Positions 51,846 through 64,000 of a stretch of DNA of 64,000 nt are shown piece after piece. The first letter of the stretch is position 1. Each line of letters opens with the position of its first letter. Source of the DNA: an uncultured Solirubrobacterales bacterium (GTDB lineage Bacteria; Actinomycetota; Thermoleophilia; Solirubrobacterales; Solirubrobacteraceae); the NCBI GenBank assembly GCA_963834635.1, contig CAWICI010000001.1, forward strand, positions 12,485 through 76,484, read 5' to 3'. The notes below the pieces were generated by a model that saw nothing but the letters and a program-made list of their open reading frames with translations, was not told the origin of the DNA and ran no database searches. The position numbers and the translations under genes are program-made.

Positions 51846-52184
51846 CGGGGCTCGCCGCGCTCGCGCGCGAGCTCGTCGCGCAACCCTTCGACCTCTTGGA
51901 GCACGCGCTCTAGCTTGTCCTCGGTGCGGTGCAGCTGCCTGGCAAGCCGAGTGATGTCGGCGCGCCCGGCGAGCCGCAGGTTGCGGAGCGTCAGGTCGAC
52001 CGACGTCGGAGCCGATCCGCGTCAGCGCCGCGACGTTCTCCGCGCCGGTCGCCAGCAGCCGGCCGAAGCTCGGCTTGGCGACGAACTCCTCGAGCGCCTT
52101 CGCGGCGCCGGTTTCGGTCTGCTCGTAAAGGACGCGAACCTGCTCCTCGGTAGATGGAGCGCCGTTGGTGTGTCGGTCTGCCAT
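51842..52184 (-). CDS. small PhaE/PhaR-like synthase partner; frameshift near 52000
   Basis: Joined frames end LRNLRLAGRADITRLARQLHRTEDKLERVLQEVE; ATGA overlap with phaC. Confidence 0.65.
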
Positions 52185-52187
52185 CGC

Positions 52188-54197
<2,010 letters not shown>

Positions 54198-54310
54198 GTT
54201 CGTCTCCTGGGGTTCCTCGGGCGGTCGTTCGACCGTAATTCGCGACGGGGGCCGCGCCATCGGTGCGCGGCCCCCGCGGAGGTCAGTAGTTGTGTGCAGC
54301 GAGCCCTCGG

Positions 54311-55807
54311 TCAGAGCCCGATGCACACCGACTTGGTCTCGGTGTACTCGTGGATCACCTCTTCGCCCATCTCGCGTCCCCAGCCCGACTGCTTGTAGCC
54401 GCCGAACGGGAGCGCCGCGTCGAAGATGTTGTATGTGTTGACCCACACGGTCCCGGCTCGCAGCTGCGGGATCAGTCGGTGGGCCTTGGTCAGGTCGTTC
54501 GTCCAGATGCCGGCGGCGAGGCCGTAGACGGTGTCGTTCGCGGCCGCGGCGACTTCGCCGGGGTCCTTGAACGGGATCGCGGTCACGACCGGGCCGAAGA
54601 TCTCCTCGTCGTAGACCTTGTTGCCCGGCCCGGCGCCGTCGAGGACGGTTGGTGCGACGAAGTAGCCACGCTCGCCGACCTGCGTGCCGCCGGTGACGGT
54701 GCGTACGCCCTCGCTCTCGCCGGACTCGAGGAACCCGGTGACGCGCTGGAGTTGCTCGGCGGACACGAGCGGGCCCATCTCGGTGTCGGGCTCGAGCCCG
54801 CGGCCGACCTTGATGTGCTCGGCGCGATCCGCCACACCCGCGAGGACGTCGTCGTAGACCTTCTGCTCGATGTACAGCCGGGAGCCCGCGCAGCAGCACT
54901 GGCCGTGGTTGAAGAAGATCGCGTTCGCCGCACCTGGGATCGCGGTCTCCAAGTCCGCGTCGGCGAAGACCACGTTCGGCGACTTGCCGCCCAGCTCGAG
55001 CGTGACCCGCTTGAGGTCGTTTGCAGCGGCCTTGACGATCAGCTTGCCAACCTCCGTCGAGCCCGTGAACGCAACCTTGTCGATCCCGGGATGGCCCGCG
55101 ACAGCGGCGCCGGCGGTCTCGCCCAAGCCCGTGATCACGTTGACCACGCCGTTCGGCAGGCCGGCCTCGAGCATCAGCTCGGCGAGGCGCAGCGCGCTCA
55201 GCGGCGTCTGCTCGGCCGGCTTCAGCACAATCGTGCAGCCGGTCGCGAGCGCCGGCCCGAGCTTCCACGCCGCCATCAGCAGCGGGAAGTTCCACGGAAT
55301 GATCTGCCCAACGACGCCGATCGGCTCCTTCAGCGTGTAGGCGTGAAACTGCGCGCCCGGCGCGTATGGGACCGAGACCGGGAACGTCTGGCCGTGGATC
55401 TTGGTGGCGAAGCCGGCCATGTACTGGAACAGTTCTGCCGCCAGCGGCACGTCCGCGGCGCGCGCGACGCCGACCGGCTTGCCGTTGTCGAGCGACTCGA
55501 TCTCGGCCAACTCGTCGGCATGCTCCATGACCAGATCGCCGATCCGCCAGATCACCCGTCCGCGCTCGGCGGCGGTGAGGCGGCTCCAGTCGGAGTCCTC
55601 GAAAGCGCGCCTCGCGGCCGCGACCGCCAGGTCGACGTCCTCGGCGTCGCCGGCGGGGACATGGTCGATGACATCTCCCAGCGCCGGGTCGTAGACCTCC
55701 AGCGTCCGGCCGTGGCGAGCCTGCACCCACTCGCCGTCGATCAGCATCCGCTTGGGACCGGCGAGGAACTCTGCTGCCTGCGATGGAGTCTCGATCGTTG
55801 TTGCCAT
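54311..55807 (-). CDS. NAD-dependent aldehyde dehydrogenase
   Basis: IIPWNFP, FTGST, LELGGKSP, GQCCCAGSR, EEIFGP, PFGGYKQSG. Confidence 0.95.
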   Translation of the reverse strand: MATTIETPSQAAEFLAGPKRMLIDGEWVQARHGRTLEVYDPALGDVIDHVPAGDAEDVDLAVAAARRAFEDSDWSRLTAAERGRVIWRIGDLVMEHADELAEIESLDNGKPVGVARAADVPLAAELFQYMAGFATKIHGQTFPVSVPYAPGAQFHAYTLKEPIGVVGQIIPWNFPLLMAAWKLGPALATGCTIVLKPAEQTPLSALRLAELMLEAGLPNGVVNVITGLGETAGAAVAGHPGIDKVAFTGSTEVGKLIVKAAANDLKRVTLELGGKSPNVVFADADLETAIPGAANAIFFNHGQCCCAGSRLYIEQKVYDDVLAGVADRAEHIKVGRGLEPDTEMGPLVSAEQLQRVTGFLESGESEGVRTVTGGTQVGERGYFVAPTVLDGAGPGNKVYDEEIFGPVVTAIPFKDPGEVAAAANDTVYGLAAGIWTNDLTKAHRLIPQLRAGTVWVNTYNIFDAALPFGGYKQSGWGREMGEEVIHEYTETKSVCIGL

Positions 55808-55904
55808 TTTCGTTCTCCTTCGTTTGTCGATTGCGGGAACGGCAGACGACGCTAAGCGCGCCGGGTTGCACTCGCGGTGAAGCGAGAAGAGACGCCAGGG
55901 CCGT

Positions 55905-56966
55905 CTACGGCTCGAACACGATCCGGGCCGCGACGCGGCCTGCCTCGACGTCGGCGATCGACTCGTTGACCTGATCGAGCGGCCGCACCTCGCGGGTCAC
56001 GTGGGTCTTGCCCGCGGCGTGCAGCTCGAATACCTCTCGCAGGTCGGCGCGTGTGCCGACGATCGAGCCGGCGATCGTGATCCCGTTCAACACGGTCTCG
56101 AAGATCGGCAGCCTGACCTCGTTGTCCGCGGGCAGCGCGACAAACACGAGCTTGCCGCCGCGGCGCAGCGACCCGTGCGCCTGCTCGAACGCGCGCGGGG
56201 AGACCGCCAGCGCGATCGCCTGATCGGCGCCACCGAGCGCCTGAATCGCCTCGACTGGGTCCTGCTTCGAAGCGTTGACGGTGAATTCGGCGCCGAGCTC
56301 GCGCGCGAGCTCGAGCTTCTCGTCGATCAGGTCGACCGCGATGACACGACCGCCGGCGATCGCGGCGTACTGGATCGCGAGATGCCCCAGTCCGCCCACT
56401 CCGAACACGGCGACCAGATCGGAGGATCGGGTGCCCGCGACCTTGACCGCCTTATAGGTCGTCACCCCGGCGCAGGTCAGCGGCGCCGCGTCGAACGGAT
56501 CGAGCCCCTCGGGGACCCTGACCACGTAGCGTGCGTAGGCGATTGCGTACTCGCCGAGGCCGCCGTCAATCGAGTAGCCCGTGTTCTTCTGCTCGAGGCA
56601 CAATGTCTCCCAGCCGGACACGCAGTGATCGCACGTGCCGCACGCGTAGCCGAGCCACGGCATCGCGACCCGCTCGGCGAGCGCGACCTCGCTCACGCCG
56701 GGGCCAAGCTCAACGACAATCCCCACGCCCTCGTGGCCGGGGATGAAAGGCGGCGAGGGCTTCACCGGCCAGTCGCCGTGGGCGGCGTGGATGTCGGTGT
56801 GGCAGAGCCCCGAGGCCTCGACCTTCACCAGAATCTGTCCGGGCGCGAGCGCAGGCCGAGCAACCGTCTCGACGGTCAGCGGTGCGTGAAACTCATGCAC
56901 GACGGCCGCGCGGTAGCTCGTGATCGGCGTCTCTCTGGTCTCTGGCTTGGTGGCGGTGGCGGACAT
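55905..56966 (-). CDS. adhP: zinc-dependent alcohol dehydrogenase, AdhP type
   Basis: CHTD, GHEGVG, CGTCDHC...C, CAGVTTYKA, GVGGLG. Confidence 0.92.
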   Translation of the reverse strand: MSATATKPETRETPITSYRAAVVHEFHAPLTVETVARPALAPGQILVKVEASGLCHTDIHAAHGDWPVKPSPPFIPGHEGVGIVVELGPGVSEVALAERVAMPWLGYACGTCDHCVSGWETLCLEQKNTGYSIDGGLGEYAIAYARYVVRVPEGLDPFDAAPLTCAGVTTYKAVKVAGTRSSDLVAVFGVGGLGHLAIQYAAIAGGRVIAVDLIDEKLELARELGAEFTVNASKQDPVEAIQALGGADQAIALAVSPRAFEQAHGSLRRGGKLVFVALPADNEVRLPIFETVLNGITIAGSIVGTRADLREVFELHAAGKTHVTREVRPLDQVNESIADVEAGRVAARIVFEP

Positions 56967-57043
56967 GGAGGCTCCTTGATCGGTGAAGCACCCATCCTCT
57001 GCCGACGCGGCTCGCCCGCCATCCGCTGAACGCGGCAGCCCTT

Positions 57044-57059
57044 GCGTGGAAACTACGGA
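57044..57059. promoter_or_regulatory. recurring 16-bp motif GCGTGGAAACTACGGA upstream of adhP
   Basis: About 80 bp upstream of the adhP start. Confidence 0.55.
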
Positions 57060-57064
57060 CCCTG

Positions 57065-57666
57065 AGTCAGTCGCACTCCTCGAGCCGACGTGATCGTCCC
57101 GGTGAACGGGCGCCGGCTTGGTCGAACAGGAACTGCATCCGCTTGTCCCCCACTTGGGTCGCAACCTCGACCGTGCGCTCGTCGAGCTCCCGCCATTTGA
57201 GCTCTGCGTGGCGAGAATCGCGTGCGGCTCCCAGGCGATCTCAGCGAGGTAGCGATACGGCTCGCCCTGGGCGAGCTCCGGCCCTTGTACCAGCAGCGAT
57301 GCGCGCTGCAGCGTGACGGATGGCAGGGAACATTGGGAGGTCCAATGGGACCTGAGCCGCAAGACGCCGGCGAGCCGGGCGCCCTGCCCCGGCTCGTCTC
57401 GCCGCTATGCCGAAGGGGCGCTCCCCGGGGGCGCTGGGCGTACCGAGAAAGTGCGGATCGAGCAATCGGGCGAGGTGGTGCTAAGCCCGGCGCGCGGCCG
57501 CGCCGCTTCAGCGCAATCGAGGAGTTCGCCGTCAGGCGAGTCGAGTTCGCGTGGAGGGCACGATTCCCGATGCTAGGCCCGGTCTCGATGCGCGTCACCG
57601 ACAGCTACCACTCGGGGCGAGGCCTCCTCGAGGTGCGGCTACTGGGGGCTTCCGCTGCAGCGCAAT
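57065..57666. pseudogene. second DUF6544-like gene split by an inversion (N-half on +, 57345-57666; C-half on -, from 57287)
   Basis: Both halves align by eye to the 40862-41563 protein; additional indels. Confidence 0.8.
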
Positions 57667-57703
57667 GGGATGCGGTGCTATCGGAGGTTCGGGCGCAGGT
57701 GCC

Positions 57704-57738
57704 CGTGGTGAACTACTGATTTGGGTATCTCCTACGGA
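57704..57738. promoter_or_regulatory. two motif-like sites upstream of the histidine kinase
   Basis: CGTGGTGAACTACTGA and GGGTATCTCCTACGGA. Confidence 0.45.
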
Positions 57739-57792
57739 CGCACGCGGCGATCGATGCTGTCCGGCCGCCAATATGCTGTTGATGGCCTAGGA

Positions 57793-59503
57793 ATGAGCGT
57801 GTCCTCGGAAGACGAAAGGTTCCGCCGGCTGCTCGACGTCGGGCGGGCGCTGGTGGCCGAGCTTGATCCCGAAGCGGTGCTCGAGCGGATCCTCCAGGAG
57901 GCCCGCGAGACGACCGGTGCCAGCTACGCGGCGCTCGGGGTGCTCGCGGAGGACCGCAGCGAGCTCGAGCGCTTCGTCACGGCCGGACTTGACCGCGAGG
58001 CCACGCATCGGGCGATCGGGAGCCTGCCCCGGGGCCGCGGGGTCCTCGGCGTGCTGATCGACGATCCCCGCCCCCTGCGGCTGGCGGACGTCGGAAGCCA
58101 TCCTCAGAGCTACGGGTTTCCAACGGATCACCCGCCGATGCGTAGCTTCTTGGGGGTGCCAATCGTGATTCGCGGCCAGGCGTGGGGCAACCTGTATTTG
58201 ACCGAGAAACGCGGGGGCGAGGAGTTCACAGAAGCCGACGAGGAGGCGGCCATGATCCTCGCGCAATGGGCGGCGACGGCGATCGAGAACGCACGCTTGT
58301 ACGAGTCGAGCGAGCGCCGGCGCGAGCAGCTCGAACGCGCCGTGCGCTCGCTCGAGGCCGCGCGCGACATCACTGCGGCGATCGGCAGCGCTGATCAGTT
58401 GGAGCACGTGCTCGAGCTGATCGTCAAGCGAGGGCGGGCCCTGGTCGACGCCCAGAGCCTGCTGATCATGCTGCGCGAGGGCGACGAGTTGGTCGTCGCC
58501 GCGAGCGCCGGCCACGCCGCCGACGCGCGCGGCCATCGGCTGCCGATCTCCGGCTCGACCTCGGGTCAGGTGCTCGAGCGCGGACGCCCGGAGCGGATCA
58601 CCGACGTGGCCGCACGGCTTCGCATCGCCCCGGAGGAGCTCGGGGTCCCGGATGCCCACACCGCGCTGTTGGTCCCGCTGCTCCAGCGGGGTGGCGGACT
58701 GGGCGTGCTGGCGGCGTTCGACCGCGGTGTCGAGGGGCGGGCGTTCACCGCAGGCGATGAGCAACTGCTGCGGACGTTTGCGCAGTCCGCGGCCAACGCG
58801 GTGGCGATCAACCGCGGCGTCGAGGCGGCGCGGCTGCGCTCGGCGATCGCGGCGGCCGACGCCGAGCGCGGCAGGTGGGCGCGCGAGCTGCACGACCAGA
58901 CCCTTCAGGCGCTCGGCGGCCTGCGCGTGCTGCTTGCCTCGGCGCAGCGCCGCAGCCAGGCGATTGCGGGCGAGCCGGCGATCGCCCAGGCGATCGAGGA
59001 CATCGAGCTCGAGATCGGCAACCTGCGCGCGATCATCAGCGACCTGCGGCCCTCGTTGCTCGACGACCTCGGACTGCTCCCGGCGATCGAGGCGCTACTC
59101 GATCGCCGCCGCGCGGGCGGGCTCGAGATCACCTGCGAGCTTGCGCTGCCCGACTCGGGCGCGCGGCGCCGGGCTCGATCCGGAGCTCGAAACGACCGTC
59201 TACCGCCTGGTGCAGGAGGCGCTCACCAACGTCGTCAAGCACGCGCACGCCCACGCCGTCCGCGTGATCGTCGGACTGACTGACGGCGAGCTCGTCGTCG
59301 AGGTCAGCGACGACGGCGTCGGCTTCGACCCCGAGGCACAGACGACGGGCTTCGGCCTGGCCGGCATGCGCGAGCGCGTATACCTCGCCGACGGAACCCT
59401 CGAGGTCATCTCCGGCGAGCGCGGCAGCCTGGTGCGCGTCCGGTTGCCGGCGCGCAGAAAGCTAAGCGATGCTCCGTCAGTCGCCGATCAGGCGGCGTCG
59501 TAG
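57793..59503 (+). CDS. GAF-GAF HisKA_3 histidine kinase (DosS/DosT-like); frameshift near 59165
   Basis: GRGVLG, HPQSYGFP.DHPPMRSFLGVP, ARELHD, QEALTNVVKH, DDGVGF, FGLAGMRER. Confidence 0.9.
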
Positions 59504-59869
59504 CGCGAAGTGCACCAGCTCCGCGCGGCTCCCCAGGCCGAGTCTGCGGTAGAGGTTGGCCGGCGCCGCCGGTGCTGGCGATGATGTCGAAGACTTTGCG
59601 CGGAAAGTTGCTTGCTCCCTTGAGCTGCTTGCTTTTCTCTGTCACGGCCAGTTTCGCGTTCCCAGCGAGCGGTTCCGTCCGGCGTTTGCCGCCGAGTCGC
59701 TGCCGGGAACTACGTAGCCTGCGCGTCGTAATCCGGCGCCCGGCGACCGCCTCCCGGTTGTCGCCAGCCAGGAGAGAGCCGATCTGATCGCGCCGGGTCG
59801 TGATCATCCAGCGGGCGTCTGCTGCTCTTGGGAGCAGACGCCTACTGCCCGTGTCGGGATGGGCGCCTG

Positions 59870-60562
59870 CTAGTTGTCGATGAGGCCGCGGTCCAGCGCG
59901 TAGCGGACCAGCTCGGCGCGCGACCCGAGCCGCAGCTTTTCCTGGATGTGGGCGCGGTGGGTCTCCACGGTGCGCACCGACAGGTACAGCTGGTCGGCGA
60001 TCTCGGCGTTGGTGTGGCCGAGCGCAATCATCCGCAGCACCTCCACCTCCCGCTCGGACAGCCCATCGGGAGGCCCGGGAGGCGGCTCGGCGGCCACGCG
60101 GGCGCCCAGTCGCGGATTCAGGTAGGTGTCGCCGCGGGCGGCACGGCGAACCGCCTCGACGAGCTCTGCCTCGGCGGCTTCCTTGAGGACGTAGCCAAGC
60201 GCGCCGGAGGCAAGCGCCTGACGGGCGTAGGCCGGCTCGTCTTGCATGGTCAGCACCACGACCTGGGTCTCGGGAAAAGCGGCGCGCATCCCAGGAATCG
60301 CGTCGAGGCTAAGCCCCTCGGGCAGATTCAGGTCGAGCACTAGGACGTGGGGGCGATGCCCGAGTACGTAGCGGCTTGCCCCAGCCAGGTCGGAGGCCTC
60401 GGCCACAACCTCGACGCCCTCCTCGCCGTCCAGGACTTGGCGGAGGCCGCGTCGAACTACCGCGTGGTCATCCGCGATCACCACGCGGATGGTGTGGGGG
60501 GATGGGCGGTCTTCGGGCCGATTTGGCGGCGCCGAGCTGCTGGAGTCGGGCACAGCGGTCAC
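59870..60562 (-). CDS. NarL/NreC-family response regulator
   Basis: ADDHAVVR, LDLNLP, GYVLKEA, LSEREVEV...SVRTVETHRA. Confidence 0.93.
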   Translation of the reverse strand: MTAVPDSSSSAPPNRPEDRPSPHTIRVVIADDHAVVRRGLRQVLDGEEGVEVVAEASDLAGASRYVLGHRPHVLVLDLNLPEGLSLDAIPGMRAAFPETQVVVLTMQDEPAYARQALASGALGYVLKEAAEAELVEAVRRAARGDTYLNPRLGARVAAEPPPGPPDGLSEREVEVLRMIALGHTNAEIADQLYLSVRTVETHRAHIQEKLRLGSRAELVRYALDRGLIDN

Positions 60563-61696
60563 CGTACTGCAGCGCGATCACGCGCCTCCAGATAGGGCGA
60601 GAGATATTTAGCCGTGATCTTTGTGACCGGCGACCAGATCGGCTCGTCGCTGACCTCCGAGCTCACCCCATGTCCTCCGGTGATGTGGGCCCGCATATAC
60701 AGCGGGCGCCGGGCGCCGATCAGGATCCCAGTGATCACGGGACGAAACTCGCTGGGCTCGACCGGCGCTCCCGCGAGGGCAGCGATTGCCTCCGCCGCCA
60801 CGTCCGCCTGCTGGGCGGCGATCCCTCCGTGCTTGACCGGGAAGTCGACCGCGTCACCGGCGGCGTATACCCGCTCGAGCCCGGATACCCGGCCGTGGGC
60901 GTCGACCGAAATGAAATTGTGTGAGCTGCTCTTCGGCACCCCGGGCGTGACAGGGCCCACGAGCTCTGGCAGTGCGATCACGCGATCAACGTCGAGCGTG
61001 TCGCGGCCCGGGGTGGATCGTGACCTGCCCCCGCGCGGGCGTCTCGCAGTGCGCGGAGGTGACCGTCACAATCCCGTGCTCCTCGAGCAGTCGCCCTACG
61101 GCGTCGCTCACCGCGCTGCCGAACAGGGCTAGCGGAGCGTCCTCGGGAGTCGCGATCGTGATCGAGAGCTGGATGTTCATGTCCCAGGCGCGCCTCGCTG
61201 TCATGAGCGCCAGCTCGTAGATCGGCAGCGGCCATGCCATCTGCGTCGGGATCAGGAATGCGAGCTTGTGGATGTAGTTGGCCTCGATGTCCTGGACCAG
61301 CCCGTGCAGCTGCTCGTCCAAACGCCGGTCGTCGAGCGTCAACGCGTGCTCGAATGGCGGCGTGGGCCGCGCGCCCAGCGCGAGCAGTAACGCGTCGTAG
61401 TGGATATGCTCGCCAGCTTCGGTGTGGAGGATCTGCCGGTCTGCGTCAAGCGATTTGAACGCGTCTTGCCTCAGCTCCACGCCGATGTCGTGGGCGATCT
61501 CGTCGAGTGGGTAACGTCGCGCCGAGCGGTACGCGAATGGCTCGCGCACTCGCATCGGCCGATAGACGAACTCGGCGTCCGGCGCCAGCAGCGTGGTGCT
61601 GACACGATCCCCTGCCAGCTCGCGCAATGCCAGCACCGCCTCGAGCCCGGCCACACCGGCGCCGGCAATGAGCACTCTGAGCGGGTGTTCGTTCAC
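60559..61696 (-). CDS. FAD-dependent oxidoreductase, paralog of 42165; frameshift near 61000
   Basis: IAGAGVAGLEA, WPLPIYE, VYAAGD, KHGGIAAQQA, KYLSPYL. Confidence 0.85.
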
Positions 61697-62127
61697 TAGC
61701 CGAAGTAAATGCCGCGTCCGGTGGCCTCCGGCAGGACGATCCGCCGGCCCGCCACCGTCCACGCTCGGATGTGTACCCAATGCGACTTTGAACCCGGAGC
61801 CCACGGCTTGAGACCGAGCCGGTTGAGGCGACCAATGTCGTCGGGGACAGTGACCTGGGCGGTAACGCCTTCGATGATCACGCTCCACCCGGTCCGAGTG
61901 CGCTCGTCGATCCCGTCGATCTCAAATGCCGCCTTGGCCGCGTGCAGGAGGGCGTGGAACTTTGAACCCGGTGCCGTACGAAAAACGACCGATTGCGATC
62001 GCCGGTCGAACACGTAGTTCACCGGACGGATCACGGGAGATCCGTTGGTCATTACCACGGCCAAGCGGCCGAAGTTGTGTGAGGCCAGCAGGTCCAGGCA
62101 TTCCTCGCGCGAGAGCTCGAGCATCAT
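61696..62127 (-). CDS. pyridoxamine 5'-phosphate oxidase-like flavin-binding protein
   Basis: LSREECLDLL..GRLA, PVNY, FRTAPGSK, FEID, GWSV, PWA. Confidence 0.88.
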   Translation of the reverse strand: MMLELSREECLDLLASHNFGRLAVVMTNGSPVIRPVNYVFDRRSQSVVFRTAPGSKFHALLHAAKAAFEIDGIDERTRTGWSVIIEGVTAQVTVPDDIGRLNRLGLKPWAPGSKSHWVHIRAWTVAGRRIVLPEATGRGIYFG

Positions 62128-62273
62128 GCTCTCCGCGGTCCTGCCCACGCGGGAGAGACGCTGGTCGGCGCTGAATGTCTCCTCTTCCCGCTGTCCTATG
62201 CTCCGCTGAGACTGCACACTGCGACCGTAATTCGTCACCCCCGCCCGGTCAGCCGCAGAAAGCCGAGACGTGC

Positions 62274-62289
62274 TGCGGAAAAATACTGA
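62274..62289. promoter_or_regulatory. recurring 16-bp motif TGCGGAAAAATACTGA
   Basis: Upstream of the PNPOx-oxidoreductase-response regulator operon. Confidence 0.5.
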
Positions 62290-63000
62290 GCAGGTGGCTG
62301 TCCGAGACGCTGGGCGTCAGCCACGTCGTTGTCTCCTATCTAGGTTGCGGACCTCGCGCCGAGGCCGTCATCCTCGAGCGCGAGCAACCCCGCCTACACG
62401 GGGTGGCGACCCAGCTTCACCTACCGGCCGGACATCACCCCATCCGGTCTAGAACCGACACTCTCGTTGAGATCTCCACCGGCAGCTCGTGCCCATCGAT
62501 GCGTGATGAAACGGCAGCCACGAAGGAGGCCGTCGGCTGCTAACTCCGGATCGTTCCAGTCGCGCGCGGAGTTGGGGCCGCGCGTCCATACGCGGGCTAG
62601 GACGTCGCGCGCGGCGGCCGCTGGAAGGCGCTGCTCTCCGGAACCCGAACCTGCCGAGGATGGCGCGCGCGGAAAATGTCGCGCTGATCGCGCATCCCTG
62701 CGCGATGTCTGCTCTTCGCGCGCGAAGAACCTAGGGCTCTCGCCAGTGCGCTCGCTATCGCGCCAAGATCCAGGGGCCTCCGAATGACCGCGACAAGGTG
62801 CCTTCGGACCTCCGCGACACCTCCTCAGCGCCTCCCCAGTACAGGCTGCCACTAACCAGCAGCCCTTCAACAGGGACACACTGTACGCACAGGCCAGTGC
62901 TTCAAAGACGTCCTGCCCAGGGGAGAGGTCGAAATCCCCGTGGATGCGGGCGATTCGCGGTTCCAACCGGACCTCCTGCTCGGGAAGCGCGCGAGGCCGC

Positions 63001-63036
63001 GGGACGCTTGGGGACGTCTTGGGACGCTTTGGGACG
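63001..63036. repeat. four 10-bp-period direct repeats GGGACG(N4), possible integrase arm sites
   Basis: gggacgcttg gggacgtctt gggacgcttt gggacg, about 160 bp past the integrase stop. Confidence 0.6.
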
Positions 63037-63199
63037 GACGCCTGCAAATCCGCCCCTTTTTGTACGTGTCGAATAGCGTCGCTTCGGCTGAACGGCCAAC
63101 CAATCAAGCTGCTGACGATCGCCAGCTCCGGCGCTAGCTCCAACTCGCCAGCCCGCGCCGATGCCAAGATGGCGATGCCGGGTCCCACTTGCCGACCGG

Positions 63200-64000
63200 T
63201 CAATGCGGCTTCGTGACGGAGGCGTCACCCTGGGCTCGCTTCGGAATCGACATCGAAGGGGCCTCGATCCTGAACGCCTCGGCGACGAGCGCCGCATCGT
63301 CTGCCCGCGGCGCGTAGTGCAGGTAGCGCATCGTCGTCTGGACGTCGGCGTGGCCCATCCACTCCTGCACGCGGCGGATGTCGGCCTTGGCGATCATTCG
63401 CGTCCCGAAGGTGTGGCGGAGGTCGTGGAAGCGCAGCGGTCGCAGCCCGGCCCGCCCGAGCGCGGCCGCGTAGCGGCGGCGGAGCGCCGAGCCGTCGAGG
63501 TAGTCGCCGGCGTCGCCGGGGAATACGAGGTCGTCGTCGGCGGTCCAGTCGCGGCGCTGGCCGAGTCGGGCGAGGGCGTTGGCTACCTCGGGCGCCAGCG
63601 GGACGGAGCGCACCTTGCCCGACTTGGGAGTCGTCAGCTCGCCGCCGGCATAGCTGGCGCGCACCCGCACGACTGAGCCGGCGAAGTCGACGTCGCGCCA
63701 GCGCAGCGCGAGCAGCTCGCCGCGACGCAGGCCGGTGAACGCCGCCGTCAGGAAGATCGCCGCGTCCTGCTCGGAGCTCGCGGCGCGGACGAGCGCCATC
63801 ACCTCCTCGGGCGAGAAGACGTCGATGTCGCCGCTCGAGCGCTGGCGGTACTTCTCGACGGAGGCGACAGGGTTCGTCGGCAGGTCCCAGACGTGCTGTG
63901 CGCGGCGAAACACGCCGTGCATGACGACGAGCAGCTTGTTCTTGGTGCGCGGTCGACAGGCCGGTCAGCGACGCGCGCCACGCGTCGATCGCGGCCGGCG
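63200..64000 (-). mobile_element. tyrosine recombinase/phage-type integrase (5' end beyond the window)
   Basis: TGLRRGE, KSGK, FHDLRHT, MGHAD, TMRY catalytic set. Confidence 0.92.

Noticed and set aside
57700-62300. Canonical mycobacterial DosR boxes
   Set aside because: I saw no convincing GGGAC-N4-GNCCC sites in these promoters; a different motif is reported instead.
62915-62945. tRNA-like fragment (GGGAGAGGTCGAAATCCCC) as an att core
   Set aside because: No proper T-arm or acceptor stem, and it does not match the tRNA-Ser 3' end.

Overview
A high-GC actinobacterial window; gene content and protein style suggest Thermoleophilia/Solirubrobacterales, which is an inference. Indel-type frameshifts cluster at about 10.7-15 kb and 21.5-25 kb, with single shifts elsewhere, most simply explained as long-read consensus errors. 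The left part holds nadE, partner-switching genes (STAS, PP2C, anti-sigma kinase), an ECF41 sigma factor with its CMD gene, a decayed tract beside tadA-tRNA-Ser(CGA), a subtilase, USPs, LysR, tag, and a giant kinase-cyclase-STAND-WD40 protein. The middle has a tight four-gene operon: a Glu-pentad-repeat protein, a PaaK-like adenylation enzyme, an STM4012/HemN-like radical SAM enzyme and a TehB-like methyltransferase. This is my best candidate for an undescribed peptide-modification system. The right part has an orphan split cytochrome b module and a co-oriented adhP-aldH-acs-phaE/R-phaC-phaB-phaA-XRE-bdhA run (ethanol to PHB), with phasin-like and depolymerase-like genes on the opposite strand. 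It also has a GAF-GAF kinase with a NarL-type regulator, and a 16-bp motif (about TGCGGNAAACTACNGA) that recurs in the intergenic regions. A 379-bp inversion splits one gene. A tyrosine integrase is cut by the right edge. All calls come from reading motifs by eye; no searches were run.
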